Positions 1-10,405 of a stretch of 37,961 bases of DNA are shown piece after piece; within the stretch, counting starts at the first letter, position 1; every line of letters begins with the position of its first letter. The notes under the pieces are model-generated. The model worked only from the letters and a program-made list of their open reading frames with translations. It made no database searches and was not told the origin of the DNA. Position numbers and translations under genes: made by a program. This DNA is from Phoronis australis (taxonomy: Eukaryota; Animalia; Phoronida): NCBI GenBank assembly GCA_002633005.1, contig NMRA01000092.1, positions 370,464 through 408,424 of the forward strand. Reading direction: 5' to 3'.

Positions 1-199
1 CCCCCCCTCGGGACAGGATCAAAAATAAAAACTGGAAAAAAATCGCCAGAAAAACGAAATTAGCTACTAAAAATCCCAAAAAATCTTACACGGGAGGAGG
101 GAAACCCTCTCGCGACCTTCCTTCTCCTCGGCGCTACGCGCCTCGGATTGTTTCGAATCCTAAACCCCCCCCCTTACTGAAATCGTAGATCTGCCACTG
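1..199. mobile_element. Right part of a hAT-like MITE (end TAGATCTGCCACTG), truncated by the window edge
   Basis: Poly-C followed by TAGATCTGCCACTG. Near-identical ends occur at 6066-6079 (TAAATCCGCCACTG) and about 25092-25105 (TAGATCCGCCACTG). CAG(T/G)GGCGGA-type termini are typical of hAT-derived MITEs. Confidence 0.55.
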
Positions 200-1423
200 G
201 TTCAGTTGCAAACGAATGCACCGAGTCCGAGTCGCCGCACCGCCTCTGTGAATTCACGAACACATTGAAGACAAAGGATAAATCTTCACCCAAATTCACT
301 AATTTCATGGCTTATTTGACGTTTCGCTGTTTCGATCTCGCGTTCACGACGTGTTTTAACATCCGACTTGATTTCTATTGTCCAATTCATACTTGGTTCC
401 TTATATCAGTCTCACCGGGGCGTGGTGTGTATCGCAAACTGTTTGCATACTTACTGTGGACTCCAGGGGAGGCAGCGTGGCCAAGTGTGATAGGTATTCC
501 GCTTTCATTAAAACCGATCAATGTGCTATATTGCTATGAATGTACCTTTTTCAAAAATAAAATTGTGTGGTAAGTTAATGACACATGAATATAAAACATA
601 CAAAACATATTTTTCTAATCTCTGTTCTTTTTCTTTCAGAAATATATACTTTTACTAGTTGACATGCCTTGGATTTTTTTTTCATATACGGATTAGAATG
701 AAGGTCGCTAAATAAGGTTTGAGATAACCTTAACGGTCTAAAATGTGCAATATCTGCCGTAACTCGGAAATAACCCAAAACGGAAGTTGACTTACGTAGT
801 AGATGGTTTCCAAAAGCCTACACATCATTGTGAAATTACATCAACTGTAGTAAGAAAATTATTGAAGTGTGCACTTGGATTTAAAAATTTGTAATAGTTT
901 GCTATGGAAATACTGTGCAAAACAAGATTTATCGGACTTCTTCGACGTCTGTGTGATTAAGGCACGGTTACTAAAGCATCTAGAATATCTTTAATGCAAA
1001 ATATGTCCCCCCATCCCAACAAGAATTTGACCCGGGCACCCTAAGTGTAATTCCATCACTAGTTATTGACAGATGGTCTTTCATTTTTTCTTCAACATTT
1101 TTGCTATGTCTTTCTTTTCCATGCTGCATCCGACCCTACGCCCCTACGCCTATGCCGGTCGTCACGTTTCACCCTAACGCCTTTAAACTATTGGGATAAC
1201 CTTACGCTCCCTGGCCCCTCGCTTCCTACGGCCCTGGCTTTTTGGGATCTGGTGTGTCCTGTTTTGCACACTGGCAAATAACTGAATACAGGCCCACCTC
1301 GCTCGCATTGTCACTAAAGTAGACGGAAAACTGTAAAAATCTTTAATGCTTCAAACCTGAATGTCTCAAGGCGCACCAAAATGGAACGCTACTGTACAGA
1401 CAACGTCCAGTGTTTAACATATC

Positions 1424-3589
1424 TTAGGAGGTCTCTTGGAATGTGACTTCCTCGTCACTGCTTTTATCGTCAAACGTTGCGCTCCAAGCATATATAGTCT
1501 CGAGTGATTTCGATTTTTCAATCTTCACTACCTTGTTTTTCATCTTTTCATCGCAGATCTCAAGAATGAGTCGATACAGCGCCCCTAGTCCAGGACATGC
1601 AACTTCCACATTTTCAAATGTATAAGGTTCGATAGCCTGTAATGACCGCTTTGCGGTGTTAACCTTAATAGTATTCGTCTTTACCACTAACAGGCGTTTC
1701 ATGAAATGCGGAGTCTGCGAGACCGGCCGTGTGATGCACTCCGCCCAGTTACGTGACCTTTGCTCCGATACACCTATGAGCATAAGTGAGGCTACTAAAA
1801 CGTCATGCGTCACTCCAGGTGGTTGTTTTAGTTTTCGTAAGACACCAAATACACGTTTATTAAACTTATTAGCAAGCTTCAATAGCTTTTTGTTTCGCGC
1901 ACGGTTTCGAAAATCCCCTCGATAACTGGTTGCCATTATTTGACGTAGTTTGACTAGATCACATCGATTGATAGCGTCATTAAACTCGTCGTCTTTTTCG
2001 CGTTCCACGGCACTGTGGCACACGTCACTGGCATGTCTTCGCCTTCTCTTTTTCAAGGCTCCTGTTTCGTCTACTTTCCATTGTCTCTGAGCAGGCAACT
2101 CGCCCACCTCCTCAACCATCTCTGCTTTCAGTTCAATTGCTTCTTCTTCGCCAATGCATGCATGTAGATCAAAACTCCTCTCCTCACTGATGGCTAAGAG
2201 CGGAGAGCTGGAGGATGTTGAGGGGGGCTCACAAAGGTCGAAATCGTCAGCCGGGTTTGTTCTCTGTTTTTCCTCGGTAGTTGAGGTCTTTGAAAAAGGA
2301 ACACTGGGTAAGGCCAAGTGTTCGTCGTTTCCGGTTTGTTCTGCGTCTGCTTCAATGGCTTGGCGTTTCTTTCGAACCGATCGTGCATACAAATATATGA
2401 CAAGAATGCATATGCAACAAAATGCTGTTACAACTACTACAATTATCAAAGTCGTGGTTGTCCTACCAATGTTACGTAATCCACATAGAGTACTTGCATT
2501 TGTCCTCCATTCACCTTTGAAGCACTCGAGCAGCTTCCTCGAAGCGTATCCTTTCTTACACGAGTAGGAGCATAAACTGAGTGACCGTCGTGAGCACATG
2601 GCGTCCAAATGAACGCCTTCGATACTGTCCGAACACTTGTTCTCTTGGTCAGTACATCGGTCAGCTGGATCTTTCTGAATGTATTTGATACAAGATGACG
2701 CAGGTGAACTAATCGTTCTGTTCAGAACCTGAATTGTCTCTCCATTTCTTGTTTTAAAAGGAACGTACCCAGCATCTCGAATTGCCAAGCCATAGTAGAA
2801 CTCAGACGTTCGACTTATTGAGGCGATGGGGAAACTTATTGTAAGTTTTCGTGTGCCATCTCGCCCCTTACATGACACAATTTTGGCCAATTGGTGGCGG
2901 TAGCAAACTTCAACGACACTAGACTTTTCCCGATCAGCGTGTAAGATTAAGCACGAGAACAATTTTGCGTCTTCACCATTAGTAAAAAATTCGACTTGAA
3001 TTTTCTTAGTGTTCAATATAAGTGATTTTATTTGACCAATTGCTGTTAAGAAATATACTTTGTTTAATGTAGAGTCAAACAGCATCTCTTTCACGTTAGA
3101 GAATCCGTTAGGTTGAATTTTAATTACAGTCTTTCCTGTTCCATTGTATGCAAATGAGCCCAGTTCGTCCTTTGTAACATAATACACTCGCTTTGATACT
3201 GAATCGTACGACATTCCCAAGATATCCGTATCTAGATCCCACAAGGAGTTGGGTAACCCTCCATTGACTATACGAGACTCCAGGAGTGACTGGGTACCTG
3301 AGTAATTGGTGACGTAAAACATCGAACCATAATCGTGATCGTAGTCAAAGGAGCCTATTTCTGTGGGCTTGGTTGTGAGTATCGTTCCCAAAATCACAAA
3401 GTTTGAAGTAATAAAGTCCATGGAGAAGGCATAAACCGTGTTTATAAATACAGTGCCATTCCATCTCTGCTCTCCTACAATGATGCCGTAGCATTTGCTG
3501 TTTATCCGAGCGTTAACCGGCTCCGGGAACGTAGGTAAAATGCAATGTAAAATAATAGCGAATGATAATAAAATCACATTTTCAAACAT
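1424..3589 (-). CDS. Intronless 721-aa single-pass membrane protein: signal peptide, YWTD/LDLR-B-like beta-propeller, Sushi/CCP, TM helix, cytoplasmic dynein-MTBD-like domain
   Basis: 2166-bp uninterrupted ORF. Hydrophobic N-terminus VILLSFAIILHCIL. Repeated blades SFDYDHDYGSMFYVT, GMSYDSVSKRVYYVT and EMLFDSTLNKVYFLT. Sushi pattern CSYSCKKGY..LECFKGEW..C (about 2480-2660). TM LIIVVVVTAFCCICILVIYLYA followed by RSVRKKR (about 2384-2450). Several NxS/T sites in the ectodomain. C-terminal LRKLKQPPGVTHDVLVASLMLIG..W motif. The ORF is solid; domain names are by eye. Confidence 0.9.
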   Translation of the reverse strand: MFENVILLSFAIILHCILPTFPEPVNARINSKCYGIIVGEQRWNGTVFINTVYAFSMDFITSNFVILGTILTTKPTEIGSFDYDHDYGSMFYVTNYSGTQSLLESRIVNGGLPNSLWDLDTDILGMSYDSVSKRVYYVTKDELGSFAYNGTGKTVIKIQPNGFSNVKEMLFDSTLNKVYFLTAIGQIKSLILNTKKIQVEFFTNGEDAKLFSCLILHADREKSSVVEVCYRHQLAKIVSCKGRDGTRKLTISFPIASISRTSEFYYGLAIRDAGYVPFKTRNGETIQVLNRTISSPASSCIKYIQKDPADRCTDQENKCSDSIEGVHLDAMCSRRSLSLCSYSCKKGYASRKLLECFKGEWRTNASTLCGLRNIGRTTTTLIIVVVVTAFCCICILVIYLYARSVRKKRQAIEADAEQTGNDEHLALPSVPFSKTSTTEEKQRTNPADDFDLCEPPSTSSSSPLLAISEERSFDLHACIGEEEAIELKAEMVEEVGELPAQRQWKVDETGALKKRRRRHASDVCHSAVEREKDDEFNDAINRCDLVKLRQIMATSYRGDFRNRARNKKLLKLANKFNKRVFGVLRKLKQPPGVTHDVLVASLMLIGVSEQRSRNWAECITRPVSQTPHFMKRLLVVKTNTIKVNTAKRSLQAIEPYTFENVEVACPGLGALYRLILEICDEKMKNKVVKIEKSKSLETIYAWSATFDDKSSDEEVTFQETS

Positions 3590-4390
3590 GTATGCCGTAA
3601 AACATGACTACGACGGATCTTAATGACATCATTTTATGACGTCGTACAATTTGTGTCATTCTATTGTCTGTTACGGACAATGGCACGCGGAAGGACATCG
3701 AAGATATTGAAATGAACACAAAAAATGCAGGGCAGAGTTGAGAAATTTTAAATGAATATGAGCCGGTCTACGCTGAATCACCCCGTCTACTACGGTTGGA
3801 TAATACGTTAGGTGATAAGATTGGAACTGAAATTGCCTGACCATTGCAGTTAATCAGGCACATAAGCTCAACCGACGGAAATTCTGTGGATTCAATTCTG
3901 ATGTTTCATGTCCAAGTATTGTCTTGCTACAGCTCTTACACGAAGCCACATAGTGTCACCACACAGAGAGTAATGGCACTGCATTCCCATACTTCGGAAT
4001 TCATTGTGTTGGTCTCATGCGTATATTATGGTTTGAACATTTTTCTTAAGAAAACGGTCCAGCAATGAGTCGAAACTGCCGTTGATGTTTAACTACAGCT
4101 TACTTACGCTAATCGATGACGATTTCTGGGTAAAATGAAATGCTTTGTTTAACAATTTTTGAGATACTAAACACTATGTTTGTCAATTAACAGATATCGT
4201 TTACAACTAAGTCTCTTAAATCTTTGAAATGATGCATGTCCGTATCCAAGGGAAGGGGGAATTTGGGATCCACCTTAGCACGTTGTATTTAATTCATATT
4301 ACCTGTACCTGAACATCTACCATTACCTCAATAATGAACTTTAACTAAAAACTACTTTTTGCTGTAAATGATTGTCATCTGACTCATTAA

Positions 4391-5518
4391 AGATTTCCCA
4401 CAATGCGTTTTTCTTAGTTTTTGAGGTTTCATTTAGCTAATATGAAATGAATACCATAAAATCTAACTAAGTGAGCAATTTTTATGCCAAATAGTTACGG
4501 TTTTTTTATTTTAAAGACAAATTAGTTATTTCCACGTTTCCCGCTAAATGATGTCATGGGTAGAAGACGTTTCATTGGTCACTTGACAATCAATTTCAAT
4601 AGCGGAACATAGCAGATCAGAAGACGAAGACGATCTTGAGCGAGAATTAGACAATTATGATACAGAGAGAGGAGAGAAAGGATACGGGCATCAGTCAAGT
4701 ACTTGGAGAATCAGAAAAGGAATTCTATTTCCCACTTAACGAATTTTCCTCGGCTTTGAGGCAGTGTGATTTCGACCCACTTGCACGTGAAATGCTGCAG
4801 ACATATTTGAGACACAACTAACTGAACCAAGGGGTGGTCAATATTCACAAAATAAACACTGACAAAGGCCACAGTAAACCTGGGTTACTCGTATCCACTA
4901 TCGCCATGATGGAATGAGCACGGTCTAAACACAATGCATAAGCTTACGTGTCGTAGCCCTCAATCTGGGCCGGGGCCTGGATTCACTCAACCTCGAATGG
5001 AAACAGTTTTTTAGTTATTTATAAAATTCGCAAATTTACAAGGTGTTCAGTCAGTCATCGTAACGCTGTTTTTGTGTTTGGTCGAAACACGATTCCTTGA
5101 AATATGCCGAACAAAGTGTGGCTACCAACTGAATCGCATGTTCCACACTGACATTCAACACTCTAGTGTGGCGCACAAATCGACGCCATTTTTGTGCAAA
5201 TTTCACGTATTTAGGAAATTTGAACACAAAAGAACGTTCTCAGTCAAGTTGCTGTTACTATAGCACAAACGCACATTTTCATGTCTCGGGAAAAAGCGGC
5301 TCTCCACGGACTTTCCTCACAACTCCTCAATATCGCACTGGTAAAACAACGGCAGAGACGGTCTTCCACCCATTTAGTACAACCCCTATAACAGTAAAAT
5401 ATATGTCTTTTGATTTTGGCTTGTTTTTTAACAACAGGTATACTAAAGGCTATTAAATCTTTTAAGATGTATAATTAATAACATTCTTTTCGCGACACAG
5501 GGTCATTGTGGGAACTCT
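4391..5518. mobile_element. Non-autonomous Kolobok-type DNA transposon (1128 bp)
   Basis: 15-bp terminal inverted repeats (TIRs) with 1 mismatch: AGATTTCCCACAATG (4391-4405) and CATTGTGGGAACTCT (5504-5518). TTAA on both flanks (4387-4390, 5519-5522). 5'-RR..YY-3' termini fit Kolobok rather than piggyBac (CC..GG). Confidence 0.8.
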
Positions 5519-5922
5519 TTAAAGTGCTCGAGAAAGATAAGGTAATCATAGCAAACCGGGGCAAACTTACGATTTTAGTATTGTCGACTGCTTTTTGGTC
5601 AGCTCAAATTACAAAGAAGACGCATGCGGTAGGTTCATTTCTGTGGGCACGCACGTTATATTTCTCCATTAGGTCCCCAACAGTCTGATACACAGCAATC
5701 AGATGAGCCGCTCTGAAATCCGCCAAAGAGCAAATTTTCTGACAAATATTGTGAGTCAGTCCGATGCCACCAACGACAACAAGAAGCCGTTAACAGACTT
5801 TTTTGAAACAAGATGGGCAGCGCGACACAGTGCCTTTTCTCATTTTCATCAGGTGATGTTTGCATTGTGAAAGCCTTTGAACTCATTGCCCACAGACAGA
5901 CAGCACTATATATGAGGAGTAC

Positions 5923-6079
5923 CAGGGGCGGAAATTGAGTTAGCTGGGGCCAGGACAGAGTATCAGCCAGGATTTTGCCTGTTAGACATTCGCACTCTCG
6001 AACTGCCAAATGGAATCTGAGACAATTTTAGGGGGAGGGGCATGGCTCCCTTGCCCCCCCCCCTCTAAATCCGCCACTG
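5923..6079. mobile_element. hAT-like MITE (157 bp)
   Basis: Ends CAGGGGCGGA ... TCCGCCACTG, with an internal GGGGGAGGGG/CCCCCCCCCC hairpin. No clean 8-bp TSD. Confidence 0.6.
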
Positions 6080-6351
6080 AGTATGCAGAATCCACGGACA
6101 GATGGGGTAATAATTGCAGACAGTAAGCCAGTTTACTGTTATCGACAACCATCTCATTTCTGAGAGACTATGCAGTATCTATCATAGCTAAACAACGGTA
6201 TGAATTAGTGATCAAATCTTGTTTGATTTAAAGGAGAATGCCACCCGATTTAGTTAGTCTTTTTTACCGTCTTTTAAGACGATTAAAATCGGTCTATATC
6301 CACTTCGCCTCTTACACGGTCGAACTCACCTTGCCGTGAGGAAGGTGAGAA

Positions 6352-6684
6352 ATGACGCAGCGACGTCAGTGGTTCGTCTGCAGAGTGAATACCGCTATAC
6401 TGCGGTGCATCGTTCCCACTTGTCCGAACTATGAAGCTGCGAAGAAAGCGGGTATATCGTTTTTTCGACTTCATCGAGAGCCCGAAATGCTTAGAAAGTG
6501 TCTCGCAGTAGGGAAGAATGAAAGATACAATGTTAATAGCAAGTATGAGGCCGTGAAACATCTCCGTGTCTGTGGCAGGCATTTCGTCGACAATGATCTC
6601 TCTGACAAATTCCGGCTTACCAAAGAACTATCCATACATTCCGTTGCCTGTGCATGTTCACGGCGTCTGTCTAGTATTTCTTGA
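6352..6684 (+). pseudogene. THAP zinc-finger fragment (N-terminus of a transposon protein)
   Basis: RCIVPTC..GISFFRL..LRVCGRHF fits the C2CH THAP consensus (CxxxxC..FF.FP..W..VCxxHF). The conserved P and W appear substituted (H, C) and no catalytic domain follows. Confidence 0.75.
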
Positions 6685-7314
6685 TCAGTGTATTCCGGTT
6701 CGAACTGATAGCCTGTGAAACCAAACGATCCGAACCGGCCGTGAAGTCTTCGTCGGATGAGCTCTTGACTAAGTCGGGATTGGCGCCGGGAGAGTTGCCA
6801 CGTAGACATTTATTATTCTGCGTTCTGTTTCAAAATGAATTATTCCCATCCTAACCAATGCCTGTATAAAACTGAAACAAAGTCTGTCTCATTAGATACA
6901 ATTTGTCATGCCTTTGCAGTATTCGTGAGTGCCAAATGTTGAGAAGCCAGCAATGAATAAACCATTGCGTTACCGGCTTTTGATGCCGGCAATAAAAGTA
7001 ATTGACCGGGCACCGAGGCCGTGTGAGCGCATGCTGATTCAGTGTTTGCTGACAGAAAGCTCTTGTGAAACAATTACCCGATTTTATATGCTATGGTCAC
7101 ATGTTAGGGGAACCTTTATTTAAAAATACAAATACATTATTCAAATCATTGTTACTGTACAACCATTACCTTGACGGTCTGTGGAAGGGGAACCCGACTT
7201 CGCGGCCCCCGACAAGCAAGCAGATTTTCAGTTTCGTGGCTCACTATTATAGTCTTTTCGTGACTGGAGGTTTAGTTTCCAACTCAAACTTGTTTATGTT
7301 CGTGCCAGTCCCGG

Positions 7315-7420
7315 CGGCCGTGACGGTCCTGATCGGGTTCCGAGCAACTGGCCGGGATAACGAGTCAGTCCGGCCGCGACGGGCCTGATCGGGTTCCGAG
7401 CCACTGGTCGGGATAACAAG
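7315..7420. repeat. Two-copy tandem duplication, period 56 bp, inside the Kolobok element
   Basis: cggccgtgacggtcctgatcgggttccgagcaactggccgggataacgag (7315) versus cggccgcgacgggcctgatcgggttccgagccactggtcgggataacaag (7371). Confidence 0.9.
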
Positions 7421-9641
7421 CGTTTTGTGTGTTTAGAACTCAAAAAATCACAAGTCTAAACCAAACAGATCTAGGTTCTCCTGTCTGTATTTCACGGAAG
7501 AATACTTCGAATTTATTTCCGAACAGACCCCAAACTCCTGCTCCGGACCTTGGTAAATTGGCCTCAGTGCCGAATTTTTAGGCTATGGTGTGTCCAAATA
7601 CCAATAAATCCGTAACAGCGAAATAAAACAACACGTTTTTTAAGAACGCGTTGTATTTTTATGAGTTTGATATCGAAGTTTGATGATTTATTAGGGTTAA
7701 ACGATGAATTCAACCCATGAACTGACACCAGTAACCCGTGTTGGGAACTGCTGAACAGACAGCGTGTGAAACCAATGACGTCATTGGATAATTTCAACAC
7801 CTCCGTCTGCCGTCAGGTGTCAGGTAACGCAACCGAATGTGCCGTTTTCTAGTAGAATTACTCGATCTAAATTGATACAACAAAATAGGTTGTTTTTGGG
7901 GTGGCATTCTCCTTTAAACATTCAAGATAAAATCTCAAAAATCTTGTTACAATTATATTAATTACCGCTTCTTTTTATCCAACTTAATTTTTTTCATGAA
8001 AACAAAAAGTTCTAATTTTTGATACCTTTTTATACAAAAGTGCAACATTTTAAAAACAATTCCTAATGAAGTTTTGGAGAACAGTGCACACACCACAATA
8101 TCTGAAAGTTTCAAATAAATCTTCCGCTATTTCCGCTTGGGGCTTAGTGATTGGTCTAGACACAAACCGCAATCACGTGTCTCCACAGTTCGAATCTCTA
8201 TTTTCACCGTATGTTAGACAACCTATCGCTTGCGCAGAGAATCCTATACTCGTCTCATGGCCAAAACCTCTTGTAAATTACGGCAAGCCTCGAGATTTTG
8301 ACGAATTTTTCAAGAGGTTTTGCCCTTGTCATAAACCTGAGACGAGTGTCGGATTTGTTTTCCCACATGAAACGTAAAAACGATCTTTTTGCCGAAAAAC
8401 TCGACGTGTCTAAAACTTTCAACCACATGACGCAACTTTTGTAAAATTACGCTTGCACAAAGCAAACTTGTAAAGCAAACTCGGTTACTTTTTGTCAATA
8501 GTTGTATTTTAAACTTAGCAATTGTAAATTGCACTCAGCTTCCGTAACAAATGTCCGTAGGAATCTAATAAGTAGTCTTTGAAGTTGCAATATTAAACCT
8601 TAACAAATGTATTAACAGACAGCACTGAATTGACCTTGAGACAGCGCAGCTTATAGACAATCTCACCGCCTTTTTTTGAGTTGGGGTTCGTATCTGTTTG
8701 AATGAACGGGGGGTATGAAATTCCCTACTGGGGTTTTGTCACCCGATGAAACGCCCATTCGGAAAATTATGCCGAATAAACCCCCCTGGGCCTTTATTTG
8801 ATGTTACAACTTCTGGTGTCAAGTGTCCAGATAGTGGGGCGTTTATTCGGAAAATTTCCTCTTAAAAGCCCACTCCCAGTCAACGTTTTGTCACAAATTG
8901 AGTTTTATGGAGCATTTAGTAGCGAACAAGGTGTTGGCGAATTATGCATTTATTAAAATAAAATTTAAAAACATAGTTTTAAGCAAAACAAATGTCAAAG
9001 TCAGCAAAACTATGACTTTCCGTTTACATGCCTTCCTTTTTCGAATTCAAGCGCCCGGGCACGGAATTCTGGTATTGTTTGGTTGGAGCGTGTTTGGTTG
9101 TTGGTATCAGCGTTTTGCAGACAATGAAATGCAAGGCGTATGGATTTCTACTGTGCACTATTTTGTAATATCAAAAAATTACGTACTCGGTTTATTAACC
9201 AGTCGTGTCGTAACACATTCCAGGTCATTTAACCAAATGAGTTTTGCAAGTGATTACCGAACTTTTTGTTCGAGCAGTCACTCGTTCAGTTCCCGAAATC
9301 GTGAAATCGCCATTTTTATATTGCGCACGCTCCAATTTTTACCACGCTCGCTAGGTGATGTGACTTCATGACCTCAATCTTTAAATAGGCTAAAGGAGAG
9401 CCATTGCGGTCTTGTCAGTCAAATGTTCGTTTCTAAAATGCCACCACTATATGTCTTTACTTGACGTTACTTGAATCTGATTGTATTTCAATGAATTATT
9501 GTTTGTATTTGATAAAGATAAATGCTGTTGGTATGACATTTAATAGTCTTTGTGCACATATTTGACATTTTAATGTTTAACAACACGGCAAATGCACGGC
9601 TGGTTCCCGGCAGCACGTGCGCAGAGTGCGGGGACTTTAAC

Positions 9642-10405
9642 CAGAGACCGTAGAGAGGGAGACGTTTCACCTAGCGAAATCCTATTGGACGGCCACTGGC
9701 GGCCATTGTTGTTTCATGGACCGTAGAGACGTCTAGCGGGTGTGTGTGCGAAAAATGGAACATGGCTGATACTCGTGGTCAGTGGTCACACAGACAAGAT
9801 ATTTTATCTGATCATGTTGTTCATATAGATTTCCCATAGATAATACTTCTGAGGTTAGTGCTGTGTCAAGTAACTTCAAAACAAGATACGGCGGCTGCAG
9901 TTCCTAAAAAGAGGATCAAAGGAGCTTTTTGCGCTGCTGCAACAGTCACTTGAAAAATCGGGACTTGCACTTCTCCCCCATGATAAAGACAGGTGAGATA
10001 TACGAGTGATTGGAAGAATTCTTTTTGTGAAAATGCTGCCAGTCAACCATTGATGTTGGCAGAGCGATTTGAACTTGTCTTGCCTTTAAGTTTCAAGGCT
10101 TTATTTAATTACTCAAAGCACAAGTGTGGTAATCAGATACATGGCCGGGATGATGGGTACTTGATTTTATAGCCAGTTACTCCCAATGAATTACCCCGTT
10201 ATTCAGTGGTAGTAACTGGTTCTCAAATGAATCTTGAATGAAGGACCCTCCTATCAAACTATAACCGAAATTGTCCTGCATGTGTTTCATGACTTAGGGC
10301 CTGCTGATAACTTGTGTTTCTATTCTATGAAGTTGGATCTAAATTGTAATTTCTTTCATTTCTTCAATTCATTTTGTGTTTATACATTCAGATCCAAGAG
10401 ATAGG
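9642..10405 (+). mobile_element. Decayed THAP-bearing DNA transposon fragment, copy 1
   Basis: Starts CAGAGACCGTAGAGAGGGAGAC and shares colinear blocks with 11332-11785 (for example GGACCGTAGAGACGTCTAGCG). GAFCAA.. remnant near 9920 resembles a THAP start. Confidence 0.55.

Larger units (their letters stand above)
6232..7913. mobile_element. Kolobok (KolobokP-like) internally deleted DNA transposon (1682 bp) with THAP remnant
   Basis: Perfect 15-bp TIRs AGGAGAATGCCACCC (6232-6246) and GGGTGGCATTCTCCT (7899-7913). TTAA TSD at 6228-6231 and 7914-7917. Contains a THAP-like ORF on the plus strand and a GYQFEPEY motif on the minus strand. Confidence 0.88.

Noticed and set aside
1443-2567. Plus-strand ORFs 1443-1625, 1656-1925 and 2154-2567
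   Set aside because: Antisense shadows of the 721-aa gene, with no recognisable motifs.
4391-7913. piggyBac assignment for the TTAA-flanked elements
   Set aside because: Termini are AG..CT rather than CC..GG, and the THAP remnant fits Kolobok better.
8898-9371. 157-aa ORF
   Set aside because: Non-ATG start and no domain-like pattern. It may lie in a repeat beginning TTAA|AAGCCCACTCCC near 8868, but I found no matching TIR.
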